A stretch of 62,601 nucleotides of DNA, counting the filler, from Stramenopiles sp. TOSAG23-3 (lineage: Eukaryota), in the NCBI GenBank assembly GCA_900128585.1. It is 7 parts of 7 records of this genome, joined end to end, with 100 filler letters (N's around TTAATTAATTAA, not from the genome) between each part and the next. Parts side by side here need not be neighbours in the genome. Positions count along the whole stretch, not along the records: positions 8,970 to 17,837 come from LT642973.1; positions 17,938 to 26,797 come from LT642974.1; 5 more parts are not named here. One strand, 5' to 3'. The notes under the pieces are model-generated. The model worked only from the letters and a program-made list of their open reading frames with translations, was not told where the DNA came from and searched no databases. Position 1 is the first letter of the stretch; each line of letters starts with the position of its first letter. The position numbers and the translations under genes are program-made. Positions 10,100 through 20,075 of the stretch are shown piece after piece.

Positions 10100-12400
10100 A
10101 TGGCAGACTTTCAGATGACACCGTTGCGTAAGAACAAGGAGGAGCGATCAAATATACCGGGCCAGAAGAAAAATCAGCTAAGTCGCCAAGCAGAATTAGA
10201 GTTGGTAAATCAGGTTGCAGCAGAAATTACTTCGAATAATGTCATTCCAACTTCTGTGCAGTTGTCTAGGAGAGGGGTGATTGAGGCGGCAAACAAATTG
10301 TTCGTGAAGTTTGCATTTCGTCAACCCCGCCGCGGGGGTGGGAATACAAGCAAACGGCTGAAAAAAGAACTTTCCCGAGAATTTCGGAATGACATACTTC
10401 ATACGTCCCTCCAGGATTTACGACTTAAGACACGAAGGTTTTCGAAAAAAGACGAGGAGCAGGTTATTGATATAGTTCATCAACGGCTCCGCCATTTGTC
10501 CGTCAAGAGGGAGGAAGCCCCGGCGTGCCAGGCCTGGCATTGCCTTGTTGGTGTTAAGCGAACGTGCAAGCGTGGTACGTACTGGGCACGCTTGAAGCTC
10601 TTCTGTTCCACCGTTTTTGCATATTTCGATACGGTGTCTGACGTGTTTGTTCTCCTTGCCGTGACAACTTTGGTGGGTGAAGTCGAATCCAGGCGATTCT
10701 GGATTTGGTTATGTTTATGGTATATTATTGCGCCAACGATAGGGCACTCTTACTATTTGTCGTACTGCGAAGGCTGGAGAGACAGAAGTGTTGCAATAAG
10801 GATTAAAGACCTTCTGCTTAATTTGAGTTTCCTTCGCCCCTTCATTGAGCTCGTCAAATCGTGCCAAGTTTCAATCGATTTGATAGACTACGAGGAGGAG
10901 TTAAAAGACCTGGCACCGCAGGAGGAGGGCCTGCCTGAACTCATCGACGACGAGCTAAGGATTGGACTAAATGTGACTGACGACTTTAAAAGCGAATCAT
11001 TTGTTATCTTTAAGGTCTTCGAACTATGCACAGAGACAATCCCGCAAGTTTTTCTCCAGTCCTTAGTTTTGATTACAATTTGGAACAATTGGCGAACAAA
11101 TTTCCACTGGGGCATGATTGATCCAATGAACAAGGGCGAGGACTCTACTCTCTGCTCCGACCAGTCCATTTTCTTTATTTCCCTAGCGATCGGTGCCATT
11201 CAATTTGGGGTAACGTTGCAAGACCTCTTAGAGAGGGACATTCCTTTCGGGGTATTTCCGCACGTCATTGCTTTGGGAATGAGGCAGAAGTTTTGCTGTA
11301 ATGGGATGGTGTGGATGCTCATCGCAATCGTGTATTATATCGTTGATGTTGCAGCCCGATTGTTGTCTTGGATTCCATTGACCGTCATTTATGGGTTCAA
11401 AACTGGGTTTGCTGTTGTATACGCGTTCGTTCTGGCGCTGCGCTTTTTAGTCGTCTTTGTAGTATTGGCGGACTGCAAGCTGAATGGCATGGAGAATTTT
11501 AAAGCCGACCACAGGCCCTCGGTGATTACTAGAAATCATTCGAAGGAAGAGCAATATTCGGATGACATAATGCCGAAAACGCGCGAGGCGGTAGCAGGCG
11601 ACGACGATTCTAGCAGTGATTCCGATGACGAGAGAACCCCAAATATAAATATAAAAGTACGCGGGGCAAATACATCAAATAAGTTGAAACTCAGTAGGCG
11701 CTCGCGGCGAAAAAGGAACAAAGGGTTTAATGCGTCTCACTTCAACGCCATTTTGGCAGAGTCCTTGCCTTGGACAATGCTAAGCGTGTTTGTGTGCTTG
11801 CCGTTCTCCATGAGGTGGCTGCGAGAGTATTCTTTAAAGGATACCACATCGGCGAATAGCCGCTACTCGTCCCGCTACTTCATCACGATTAACATCCTGT
11901 CCGTCGTTGAAATCGTGGTAATGTGCTTTTTCTATATGCACTACACATCGAACGACAAGCTGGACTGCGCTCTTGTCGATGAAGTGCGTGCCAAAAAACT
12001 GCAGCGCATCGACCAGAACTGTGGGCAGGCCAGCATCAACACAACTTACAGGGAATGCACGGTGAAAGGCTGGGGGCAAAGTCGAAATCCCGAGTCCTTT
12101 TTCGAATTTTGGAACACAGAAGAGATGCGCGAAGCAAACGTTGGAGCCATCCAAATAGTTTTGGGGGCGAAGATTTTTCTTGCCGTTTTATTTTATTTTC
12201 TAGTCTGGGGGTACAAAGGACGACGGTGTATGATTTCCCAGGAAATTGCGGAAGAAACGGAGTTGCATTCCATTACGATGATTGGAATACAAAACCATGC
12301 GAGACAGGAATCGCAATCCTTTAGTGCCGCTAAACCCAAACGCAAGGGGTCGTCTGGGAAAAACAAGAAGAAGCTTAGCATCTTCTTCTTTTTTCTTTAA
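10100..12400 (+). CDS. XK-related-like multi-pass membrane protein
   Basis: YFDTVSDVFV and FELCTETIPQVFLQ match the XK-family D-x-x-SD and E-x-x-PQ-x-x-LQ motifs. Many TM segments. Confidence 0.6.
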   Translation: MADFQMTPLRKNKEERSNIPGQKKNQLSRQAELELVNQVAAEITSNNVIPTSVQLSRRGVIEAANKLFVKFAFRQPRRGGGNTSKRLKKELSREFRNDILHTSLQDLRLKTRRFSKKDEEQVIDIVHQRLRHLSVKREEAPACQAWHCLVGVKRTCKRGTYWARLKLFCSTVFAYFDTVSDVFVLLAVTTLVGEVESRRFWIWLCLWYIIAPTIGHSYYLSYCEGWRDRSVAIRIKDLLLNLSFLRPFIELVKSCQVSIDLIDYEEELKDLAPQEEGLPELIDDELRIGLNVTDDFKSESFVIFKVFELCTETIPQVFLQSLVLITIWNNWRTNFHWGMIDPMNKGEDSTLCSDQSIFFISLAIGAIQFGVTLQDLLERDIPFGVFPHVIALGMRQKFCCNGMVWMLIAIVYYIVDVAARLLSWIPLTVIYGFKTGFAVVYAFVLALRFLVVFVVLADCKLNGMENFKADHRPSVITRNHSKEEQYSDDIMPKTREAVAGDDDSSSDSDDERTPNINIKVRGANTSNKLKLSRRSRRKRNKGFNASHFNAILAESLPWTMLSVFVCLPFSMRWLREYSLKDTTSANSRYSSRYFITINILSVVEIVVMCFFYMHYTSNDKLDCALVDEVRAKKLQRIDQNCGQASINTTYRECTVKGWGQSRNPESFFEFWNTEEMREANVGAIQIVLGAKIFLAVLFYFLVWGYKGRRCMISQEIAEETELHSITMIGIQNHARQESQSFSAAKPKRKGSSGKNKKKLSIFFFFL

Positions 12401-12444
12401 TTTTAATTACTATAAAATAACAGCCAATTTTTCTTGTTTTTATT

Positions 12445-13281
12445 TCATAGAGCAGTACAACAGACAACGAGCCCTTCAAAAACATTTATGCCGCTGTTTA
12501 TTTGCCAGTTGGAATCTTGACCAGAACTTGGGAGAGACATACGAATACGTCCTGGAAATCGCTGACCGGCCTAGCCGTTTAGGAGTCCCAGAAGGCCTAA
12601 CGTAGTCATTCCACGGAACAATGCGGTCTGAAGCGTCGGATCAACTTGGCTGTAACTGGAACGCCACGCCATAGCCTCAGAACAGACCCTTTCCGAAACT
12701 ACCGATTTAAGTGATTCAAACAACTTCGCACTGACCCCCAGTCCAAGAGCAGCATCGTTTTAGTAAATGACACGCGATGGTGCTTTAACAGTTTCGGGCC
12801 TTAAATGTGTAGAACGCGCAGGCAGTAAAAAGCACAAGCTTAGTTCCCACATTCCCCCACTCTACCCCCCTTACGTCAAACATACACTTCCATCGCTAGT
12901 ATAGCCATGGATATCAAACACGCCGGCAAAAAGTATACCACGGGTCCGTCCCCGCACCTACCAGAAACGTTGTGGGTAAACTTCATGCCAAGCCCTACGG
13001 TGGCCCATAGCCCCAAAAAATTAAAGCAAAAGTTTCACATGTGAGTACTCACCAGACAGTTGGTCTCTATCCCAAAGTGATCGGGCGAAACATCGGCGAA
13101 GGTTCTATTGAAGCTCCGTTTGTAAAGTGTGCCCCGACAATCAAGCGATCTTCCCGTAGCGGTGTATCTTGGCCTCTTATTTGCGGAACAGAAATATAAA
13201 CACACAGCTTAATATGCTAAACACGCATAGAATTATAGTGTCGGTCTCATACATGCACAACGGGTTGTCGATGACGGACAT
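12445..13281 (-). pseudogene. Probable decayed membrane-protein gene
   Basis: GC-balanced stretch with broken hydrophobic frames (TIILCVFSILSCVFIFLF; VVYFLPACLISMAILAMEVYV; SGINVFEGLVVCCTAL*), interrupted by stops and frameshifts. It ends at the post-stop motif. Confidence 0.45.
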
Positions 13282-13819
13282 TGCAAGCACTTCCACTATT
13301 ATAACACCGACCGACAGAGTGCATAATCTCTTGCGGTACTTTTGGTACCTGAGACGAGAAGAAGAAAGAAAAAGAAGGTTTTGTTGTTGTTTGTTATTTG
13401 GGGTTTTTTTGGGGATTGTACTTTTCACCAAATCAAAATCTATTCTTGTAGTGTAAATATAATTATACCCTATTTAAAAACGTAGTTGTATTATCTTCAA
13501 CATTTTTTAATTCCAAATACAGGTAGATACCATTGATGTAACAACAAAAAAATAAATTACTATTAAATAATATTCTTCTGATGAATATGGCAGCAGCAGG
13601 AGGAGGCGTATAAATATATTATAATATAGTCAGTCGTCAGTTATTACTTTCATCTGCAACGTAAAGAGCTATTGGTTGTCCCACCAGAGGATTTGGCGAG
13701 CCATTTGTTTCGGATTGAAAAAAATTACCAGATACATTGAGATAAGCATTGAATTGGGTTTGCCTAAGAAAAATAAAAAGTCGAAGAATTGAAGCCAATA
13801 AAAATTTAACATTAATAAG

Positions 13820-15502
13820 ATGGAGACTCTCCAAGAGCCTTTCCTGCTGGAGCCCAATACAGCTCAGTCCCAAGTTCCAAACTCCAACGATCAGTCCCTT
13901 TCACAGTCGTCCAATGGAGTCCCGAAACGTGCAACTCTTATAAATAGCCTCCGAAAGACTAAATCGGAGAAAGTTTTACGAGCGGCTCGAATGAGCAGTT
14001 TTCGTGCTGAAACCAGGAAAGAAACGGGAGGCTGTGGTGTTTGGCCTGAATTTAAGCACAGGCAGCAATGGAAATTGCGAAAAGATGGAGTTACGTACGA
14101 AAATACGGGGAGGCACGAAGAGAGGAACGCTCGCTGGATGGACATTTTTTTCGACCTGGTACTTGCTGGCCAGAGTTTGCGCTGTGCCGAGTTAAGCCTG
14201 AAAAACCAGCGCGAGCCTGAATTAACTTACGATTTATGCAAGCATTGGATGTTCGTGATTGCGTCTTTCGGCAGCTGCATATCCGTTTGGGCCCACATCA
14301 CTAACCATCGAAATCGGTATCATTTGGCGAACGGGTCTTCTTGGAACACAGCAATCATCGCCTTCGTTATCGCTTTGATAGCATATGAAATTAGTGAGAT
14401 GGAACATTGCGTAGAGAAGCTCCAATGCACGAACCCCACTGGTACCTGCAACAAGTTATTTTTGACAAATGCAGTGAAGTTTTTATTTTTAGGAATGGTT
14501 TCCTTCTACACCGCAACAACTGACGCTTTAATGCGCAAATACAACCTCCTGAACGGAGCGGTCATGCTTTTTGTGTCTGCGGCATTCCTTGTTTTGTTCA
14601 ATTTAAACACCACGAATATAATTGTCTCGGTGGCTTGGGCGTCGTTGAGTTTGCTTCCATTGATTGCAATCCCTCTCGGTTCACAGTTTCTACCGGGATT
14701 AAACGAGGTGTACCAACCATTGAATACGCACTGTTTTCTAGAGCGGTTGGGTCTACTGACTATTGCGGTCTTAGCAATACTTATGGAGACGCTTTTTGCG
14801 CATTCGTGCGAGGAATGGGGGCATCTGTGCAAAAATCAAACGGTCTCTGACGATTATGGCTTGGGCTATCCGTTTGAAAAAACAAATTATAAAGTCCATA
14901 CGTTTGATATGACGACAGAAATTAAATTGGTTGTTTGCCTAATGTTTGCGCTGTTCGTTAAACTTGGGGTCTTCAACATATACACCACGTCTATCCTGGA
15001 GGAGCAGGTATCAAGATCAACGAAGTACGATATTACAAACGATGCACGGATATTTTCTGCTTTTTTACTTGCTACAGGGATTGCAATTTTGTCGAACGAA
15101 ATGAATCGAGACTCTTCTAAATGTCCAGATGACATGAACGGAAATGCGGATAAAAATTTAAATGAGTTCGGGGAAGTCATTGTGACGGTAGCAATGACCT
15201 TGTTCCATTACGCAAATACGTGGAGATCAGAAAAATGGACATGGCTGAAGACAATTGTGTTTTTTGCAGAACGTATCGGGCTGCAGTTTGGTACAAGACA
15301 GTTGGCAAGTGCGACAGATGGAGTGCTGGAAAATCAGCTTGACCCATTTTTATACGTCTTTGCTATGCTTCTTTCGTTTTGCATCGAAAAACACTTTTTG
15401 GACCTCCCAATGAACTACGGAAAAGAGCGAGATGCACAGATCCTTGTTGAAATGCTTCAGGCCGAGGAGAGTGTGACCAAGAGGACGACTTTGACGCATT
15501 GA
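13820..15502 (+). CDS. LtrA (low temperature requirement A)-like membrane protein
   Basis: ERNARWMDIFFDLV and HCFLERLGLLTIAVL match LtrA motifs. Multi-TM. Confidence 0.7.
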   Translation: METLQEPFLLEPNTAQSQVPNSNDQSLSQSSNGVPKRATLINSLRKTKSEKVLRAARMSSFRAETRKETGGCGVWPEFKHRQQWKLRKDGVTYENTGRHEERNARWMDIFFDLVLAGQSLRCAELSLKNQREPELTYDLCKHWMFVIASFGSCISVWAHITNHRNRYHLANGSSWNTAIIAFVIALIAYEISEMEHCVEKLQCTNPTGTCNKLFLTNAVKFLFLGMVSFYTATTDALMRKYNLLNGAVMLFVSAAFLVLFNLNTTNIIVSVAWASLSLLPLIAIPLGSQFLPGLNEVYQPLNTHCFLERLGLLTIAVLAILMETLFAHSCEEWGHLCKNQTVSDDYGLGYPFEKTNYKVHTFDMTTEIKLVVCLMFALFVKLGVFNIYTTSILEEQVSRSTKYDITNDARIFSAFLLATGIAILSNEMNRDSSKCPDDMNGNADKNLNEFGEVIVTVAMTLFHYANTWRSEKWTWLKTIVFFAERIGLQFGTRQLASATDGVLENQLDPFLYVFAMLLSFCIEKHFLDLPMNYGKERDAQILVEMLQAEESVTKRTTLTH

Positions 15503-15657
15503 CACATAAAAGGCGTCAATTTATTGAGATAGATCATTACAAAATAACAGCCAATTTTCTTGACGTAATTAAATTAAACATTAAATATTTTTATTCTTCT
15601 TTTGATGTTCGGTCGGTCGGTAGTTGGTTTATTTTCTTTCATTTTTATTCCCATTAA

Positions 15658-15765
15658 TTCTCCCTTCTCCTCCATCCCGCTTCTCTTCCCGTTCCCCTTC
15701 CTTCTCTTCTCTTCCTTCTCTTCCTTCTCTTCCTTCCTTCCTTCCTTCCTTCTCTTCCTTCCTTC
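15658..15765. repeat. CT-rich low-complexity tract
   Basis: Seen directly. Confidence 0.85.
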
Positions 15766-16435
15766 GCGTTCTTCGATCAACAACAACAATAAAAAAATAA
15801 TCTCACACCACATCATCCTCCTTTTATTTCTATTATTTTATTAAAATTTAAATATACTACTACTCGTACTAATATCTACTCTCTCTCGATGGTTATTCCT
15901 AGTGATGTTTAAATGGGTACTGTCGATGTGTAAGTTTGGAATGAAAAGGATTTCATTAAGGCAAGGATGTGTTATGCAATTCCTTATCTAACTCCCAATT
16001 TGAGCGTTTACTTTGTGACTAGGTCTGGGTCTCTCTTTCGCGCCCCAGCGCGCGTTTGCCTCGTCCTTGTCGTACCCCAAGTCCTTTTCCCCCGAGTCCT
16101 CGTGGGGGGGCGATGCGTACCTTGACCGAAAGCGGCTCAAGACATTCTTTGCCGTTCGGGACAAGTTACAGTTCATGGAAGCATTCGAGGAAATGAAAGT
16201 TGGCGGAAAGGTGGATAAGAACATTTGCAATCTGGCCCTTCCGCCGGGTGATTCAACAATATTTATTACCGTGTACCATTGAAAACTTGAACCATACACA
16301 AGTATACATCAATGGTATTTACGAAGGGAGCACTTCCGAAACAAAAAGATTGGTGGACACTGTATTATTTGCAAGGAGATCCGGTCAGTTTGAAAAAGAC
16401 ATGTCCATTACATACAAGCGTTGGAGAAACAACAT

Positions 16436-17827
16436 TCAAATATCGACCATCGCATTTCCCAACGTGATCCAAAGGCTACCAATAAGCGCGGCAAATCCAA
16501 CAGAACACTTGCAGCACAATTTACACCCAATGAATTTTTTCTGCTCTTTGCAGCAGCATCCAGATATGTATTGGACGTCCTTCGTCCGCTTCTCCTCTGG
16601 GAAATATTCATATGCAAACAGCAAATTGCAAAACAAACTTGAGCCCCCGCAATCTACCGGAATTCCATCGTCCACAACAGCGCACAGGGTCAAACTTATC
16701 GTTTCTGGGTCGTTTGCCTTCGCTCCGTCTTTGCCATGTCCAGTCTCCCCGCCGTCTTCCCTGCCTCCCTGTGCCCTGTATCGCGTAAAGCTGGCTTTTT
16801 CTCCCAATTCCATGCTCATCAATGCTTCTTGTACCCAGCTTGAAACGCATATTATCCCTGTGCCTACTCTTTCGTTTAACGCGTCGGCTTCGTTTTCATG
16901 TACTTCCCTTATATAAAAATTGTCGATTTCACCCGGCAGAACTGAAGTGCTATTACCGATCCTCGGTTTGACCAAGCATTCGGCGTTTTGCGGCAGTTCT
17001 TGAAACTCTTCCGCTTCGGTGAATTGGTAACCGAGGATCTCCCCCGGATTAATAGGGCTGTCGCCGTTGATCCCGAAGTACTCCGTTCGAAAGTTACGCC
17101 ACTCGTCAAATCCCGTTTTGCTACTAAATGGTTTTCGCATGTATGCTGTGTTTAATCGCCCGACAGGGTATACACTTCTACATTCCTTCTTGCGGTATAC
17201 TTCCGGCAATCCCTGTTTTATTTCCTCAAAATCCTCGTGAAGGTCTTCTGCAGGCCATTGGTATGGAACCGGGTGAAGACCTTCACCAAACGCTGCTATA
17301 GAGTTAAACTTCCTGTCATTATCTATTTTAGCATCTTCACAAAACGCTGCTATAGAGTTAAACTTCCTGTCCTTATATTTGTCAGCATCAGGGAACCACT
17401 TCCATATCCAATCTCGGTGATCCTCGCTATTGTCCCATCCCCATCTGTGTTCCATGAGCGCTGCCTCTTCCGTAGATATTAACGAATCCAGCGGTGGCAT
17501 CGTGATGATTTCTATTTCTTTTTTATTTTCAATTCTCATTTCAACTACGACTCTATTTACGTGGTGGGCGTATCCATCATCGATGCAGTCGCAACCGAAC
17601 GTTGCAGCACCGCGATCCGAATGCTGAAAGGGCCATTGCATATCCTTCTTCAGCTTCATTTCTCCTTTTTTCAAGATTCGTTTTTGAAACGGTGACGGGC
17701 GTTTAGAGCGTATTTCTTCTTCGCTTGTGCAATCGTTCGGCAGCAATTGGTCCCTCAACACCAATGCGAGAACAACAATGCCTTTGTGTTGCGAACGGTC
17801 AACAATAGCTCTCACGATCGACTTCAT
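16436..17827 (-). CDS. Hypothetical protein, probably 5'-truncated, with a weak FKBP-like segment
   Basis: 463-aa ORF at the contig edge. SSWVQEALMSMELGEKASF resembles FKBP. Contains a repeat with a 54-bp period (DRKFNSIAAF x2, 17281-17371). Confidence 0.6.
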   Translation of the reverse strand: MKSIVRAIVDRSQHKGIVVLALVLRDQLLPNDCTSEEEIRSKRPSPFQKRILKKGEMKLKKDMQWPFQHSDRGAATFGCDCIDDGYAHHVNRVVVEMRIENKKEIEIITMPPLDSLISTEEAALMEHRWGWDNSEDHRDWIWKWFPDADKYKDRKFNSIAAFCEDAKIDNDRKFNSIAAFGEGLHPVPYQWPAEDLHEDFEEIKQGLPEVYRKKECRSVYPVGRLNTAYMRKPFSSKTGFDEWRNFRTEYFGINGDSPINPGEILGYQFTEAEEFQELPQNAECLVKPRIGNSTSVLPGEIDNFYIREVHENEADALNERVGTGIICVSSWVQEALMSMELGEKASFTRYRAQGGREDGGETGHGKDGAKANDPETISLTLCAVVDDGIPVDCGGSSLFCNLLFAYEYFPEEKRTKDVQYISGCCCKEQKKFIGCKLCCKCSVGFAALIGSLWITLGNAMVDI

Positions 17828-17837
17828 CTTCCTGGCA

Positions 17838-17937
17838 NNNNNNNNNNNNNNNNNNNNNNNNNNNNNNNNNNNNNNNNNNNNTTAATTAATTAANNNNNNN
17901 NNNNNNNNNNNNNNNNNNNNNNNNNNNNNNNNNNNNN
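17838..17937. other. Artificial contig linker
   Basis: N44-TTAATTAATTAA-N44. Confidence 0.98.
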
Positions 17938-18075
17938 GTCTGTCTTGTAAATCAGTCAAGGGATTGTCATCTGTGGGTTGGGATGTCGGGGGAGGGTCGT
18001 TTGTGTCATTTTCGATCAGCGGTGCGGTAGGTGTGGTTCTATAAAAAAAGTTTAACTTACGCCGACGTAAACATA

Positions 18076-18969
18076 TTAATCGCTGTCACTATCCTCGTCA
18101 CTGGAATCGTCGTCCGAGTCTGATCCATCCTCGGAATCATCATCCTCGTCGCTTTGCTCCCTCTCTGGGGCATCAGCAAGCGTTACAAATTCATTTATTC
18201 TATACTTGGACATCAGCTTTCGTTTGTGGCCCACCTTTCTAATCCCCAATGCGTCTAAATCTCTTTCAGAGAACCCCGCGTCTGCGATAAAGTCTATGTC
18301 GTCCCATCCCTGTAGCACAAACAGGTCTATGTACTGTTCTAAGCCAATTGTTTGCAGCCATAACGCGACTTTTGTGTCCGTTTTTGCTGCATTCTCCGCC
18401 CTCTTTTCATTTATAGCATGCTGTACATCAAAGCAGTTCGATACCTTTGCAAGGTCCAAGGCAGTGTGGCCGTCGCGGTTGTGGGCCGCCAAGTCCACGC
18501 CTGCCTCCATAATCGCCTTTGCCGCTTCGACCGAACTTCCTATTGCAGCATAGTGCAGCGGCGTGTGCCCTAATCTATCGATGAGATTTGCCGAAGCGCC
18601 ATTTTCTATAAGGCATGCCACAATTTCACTATGCCCGTACCGGGCAGCAACGTGCAAGGCCCCGTACGAATCGTGCCCCTCATTAAAGTTTGGGTCGGCG
18701 CCAGCTTCCAACAGCGCATCGACTGCTGTCACGTCCCCTTCCGCGCAACTAAATTGAAGAGGTGTCCATGACACAAAACTATTGTCTAACTTTTGTTGAA
18801 GATCCCCACCCTGCTCTACCCAGGCTATCAGAGCGTCAACGTCCCCATTTCGGGCGGCAGATATGACGTGCGCAGAACCGTTATGCGGAATTGGTGGAGA
18901 TTTCGTGCCCCCCGTTTCCACTCGAAAAGCCCCAGTGGTTGAAACTTTGGGCTGATCCATGGTAGCCAT
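18076..18969 (-). CDS. Ankyrin-repeat plus SAM-domain protein
   Basis: TPLQFS, GALHVAA, TPLHYAA and TALDLA ankyrin repeats. VALWLQTIGLEQYIDLF...LDALGIRKVGHKRKL is a SAM domain. Acidic tail. Confidence 0.9.
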   Translation of the reverse strand: MATMDQPKVSTTGAFRVETGGTKSPPIPHNGSAHVISAARNGDVDALIAWVEQGGDLQQKLDNSFVSWTPLQFSCAEGDVTAVDALLEAGADPNFNEGHDSYGALHVAARYGHSEIVACLIENGASANLIDRLGHTPLHYAAIGSSVEAAKAIMEAGVDLAAHNRDGHTALDLAKVSNCFDVQHAINEKRAENAAKTDTKVALWLQTIGLEQYIDLFVLQGWDDIDFIADAGFSERDLDALGIRKVGHKRKLMSKYRINEFVTLADAPEREQSDEDDDSEDGSDSDDDSSDEDSDSD

Positions 18970-20075
18970 TTATATTTTCTCTTTACAACTATATTCTTTT
19001 ATGTGTGGTCTCCCGTTCGTTCACAGTAAAAGATACAAAATGTCAGCATGCACATAAGTTTTTGCTCTCTCATCCCTCTGCATACATATTTCACTTACCT
19101 TTTTTGAAATTCAAACATTTAATTCAAACAAAATAGACTACTTGGTTTTATTTAGTAAAAAGAGAAGAAGAAGCAGTTACAAATGAACGAACGAAGAAAA
19201 AAGAAAGAAAAGAAGAAGCAACAATGTTGTACTTTTATATATAAATAGATACGTATATTAAATAGGGATTGTATCCTTTTTCTTTTTTCAATTTTCCTAT
19301 TCTCTTGCTATAGCTTTTCATATAGTAATATTAGTGTAATGGGATTCCTAATTTTCCTTCTTCTTCTGTGTTAATTACTTCTTCCGATAATAATTAACAT
19401 CCGCTTAGCATGGCCTCTTAAAATTCTTTTTTTTTTTAATTCAAAATTTGAATTCTATAATTTAGACTACAAAGTATTCGTACTAGTCATTTCTACATAC
19501 TTCTACTGTACAGTATTTACACTCTTTTCCTATTTAAAAGCTCTTTGTTTCTTTTTCATTTTTCAACTCGATGAGTAAACAACAATGATTGAACAAATGA
19601 GAAAACAAATAATAACAACTGTGTAACATTATAAGATCAATTAACATGTAAATAGGGGGAAAGTGCTTTTTTTACCCGATTAGAGATTGATTATTAATGC
19701 CTAGAATACGATTATAATGTACTTATTTAACTATATTATATTATTACCATAGTGTATAGTTCATTTTGAAAATGCTTTTTTCCTATCTAAGTTATTTCTG
19801 CTTCTTCTTCTTCATTTTTTTGAAAATATTTATTATCTATTGTGCATTGGAATCATAATAAGACGAAAAGACGACGCCTCATCTCATACATATTTATTTA
19901 AACAGCTATATTCTCCAATGTAGTAATCGATAAATATATTATGAAATGAAGTATGAAGGCATGTACGATTTCCATTGAAAAATCAAAAAATTCATACCGT
20001 GTGCGTGTGCGAGTGTGTGCGTATGAATACGCGTGTGTGGTGCGCCTTTTTCGATATAAATATAGGTTGTTCAGT

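Noticed and set aside
12440-13200. Telomerase RNA or RNase P/MRP candidate
   Set aside because: No telomere template or convincing P4 consensus seen; broken hydrophobic frames fit a pseudogene better.
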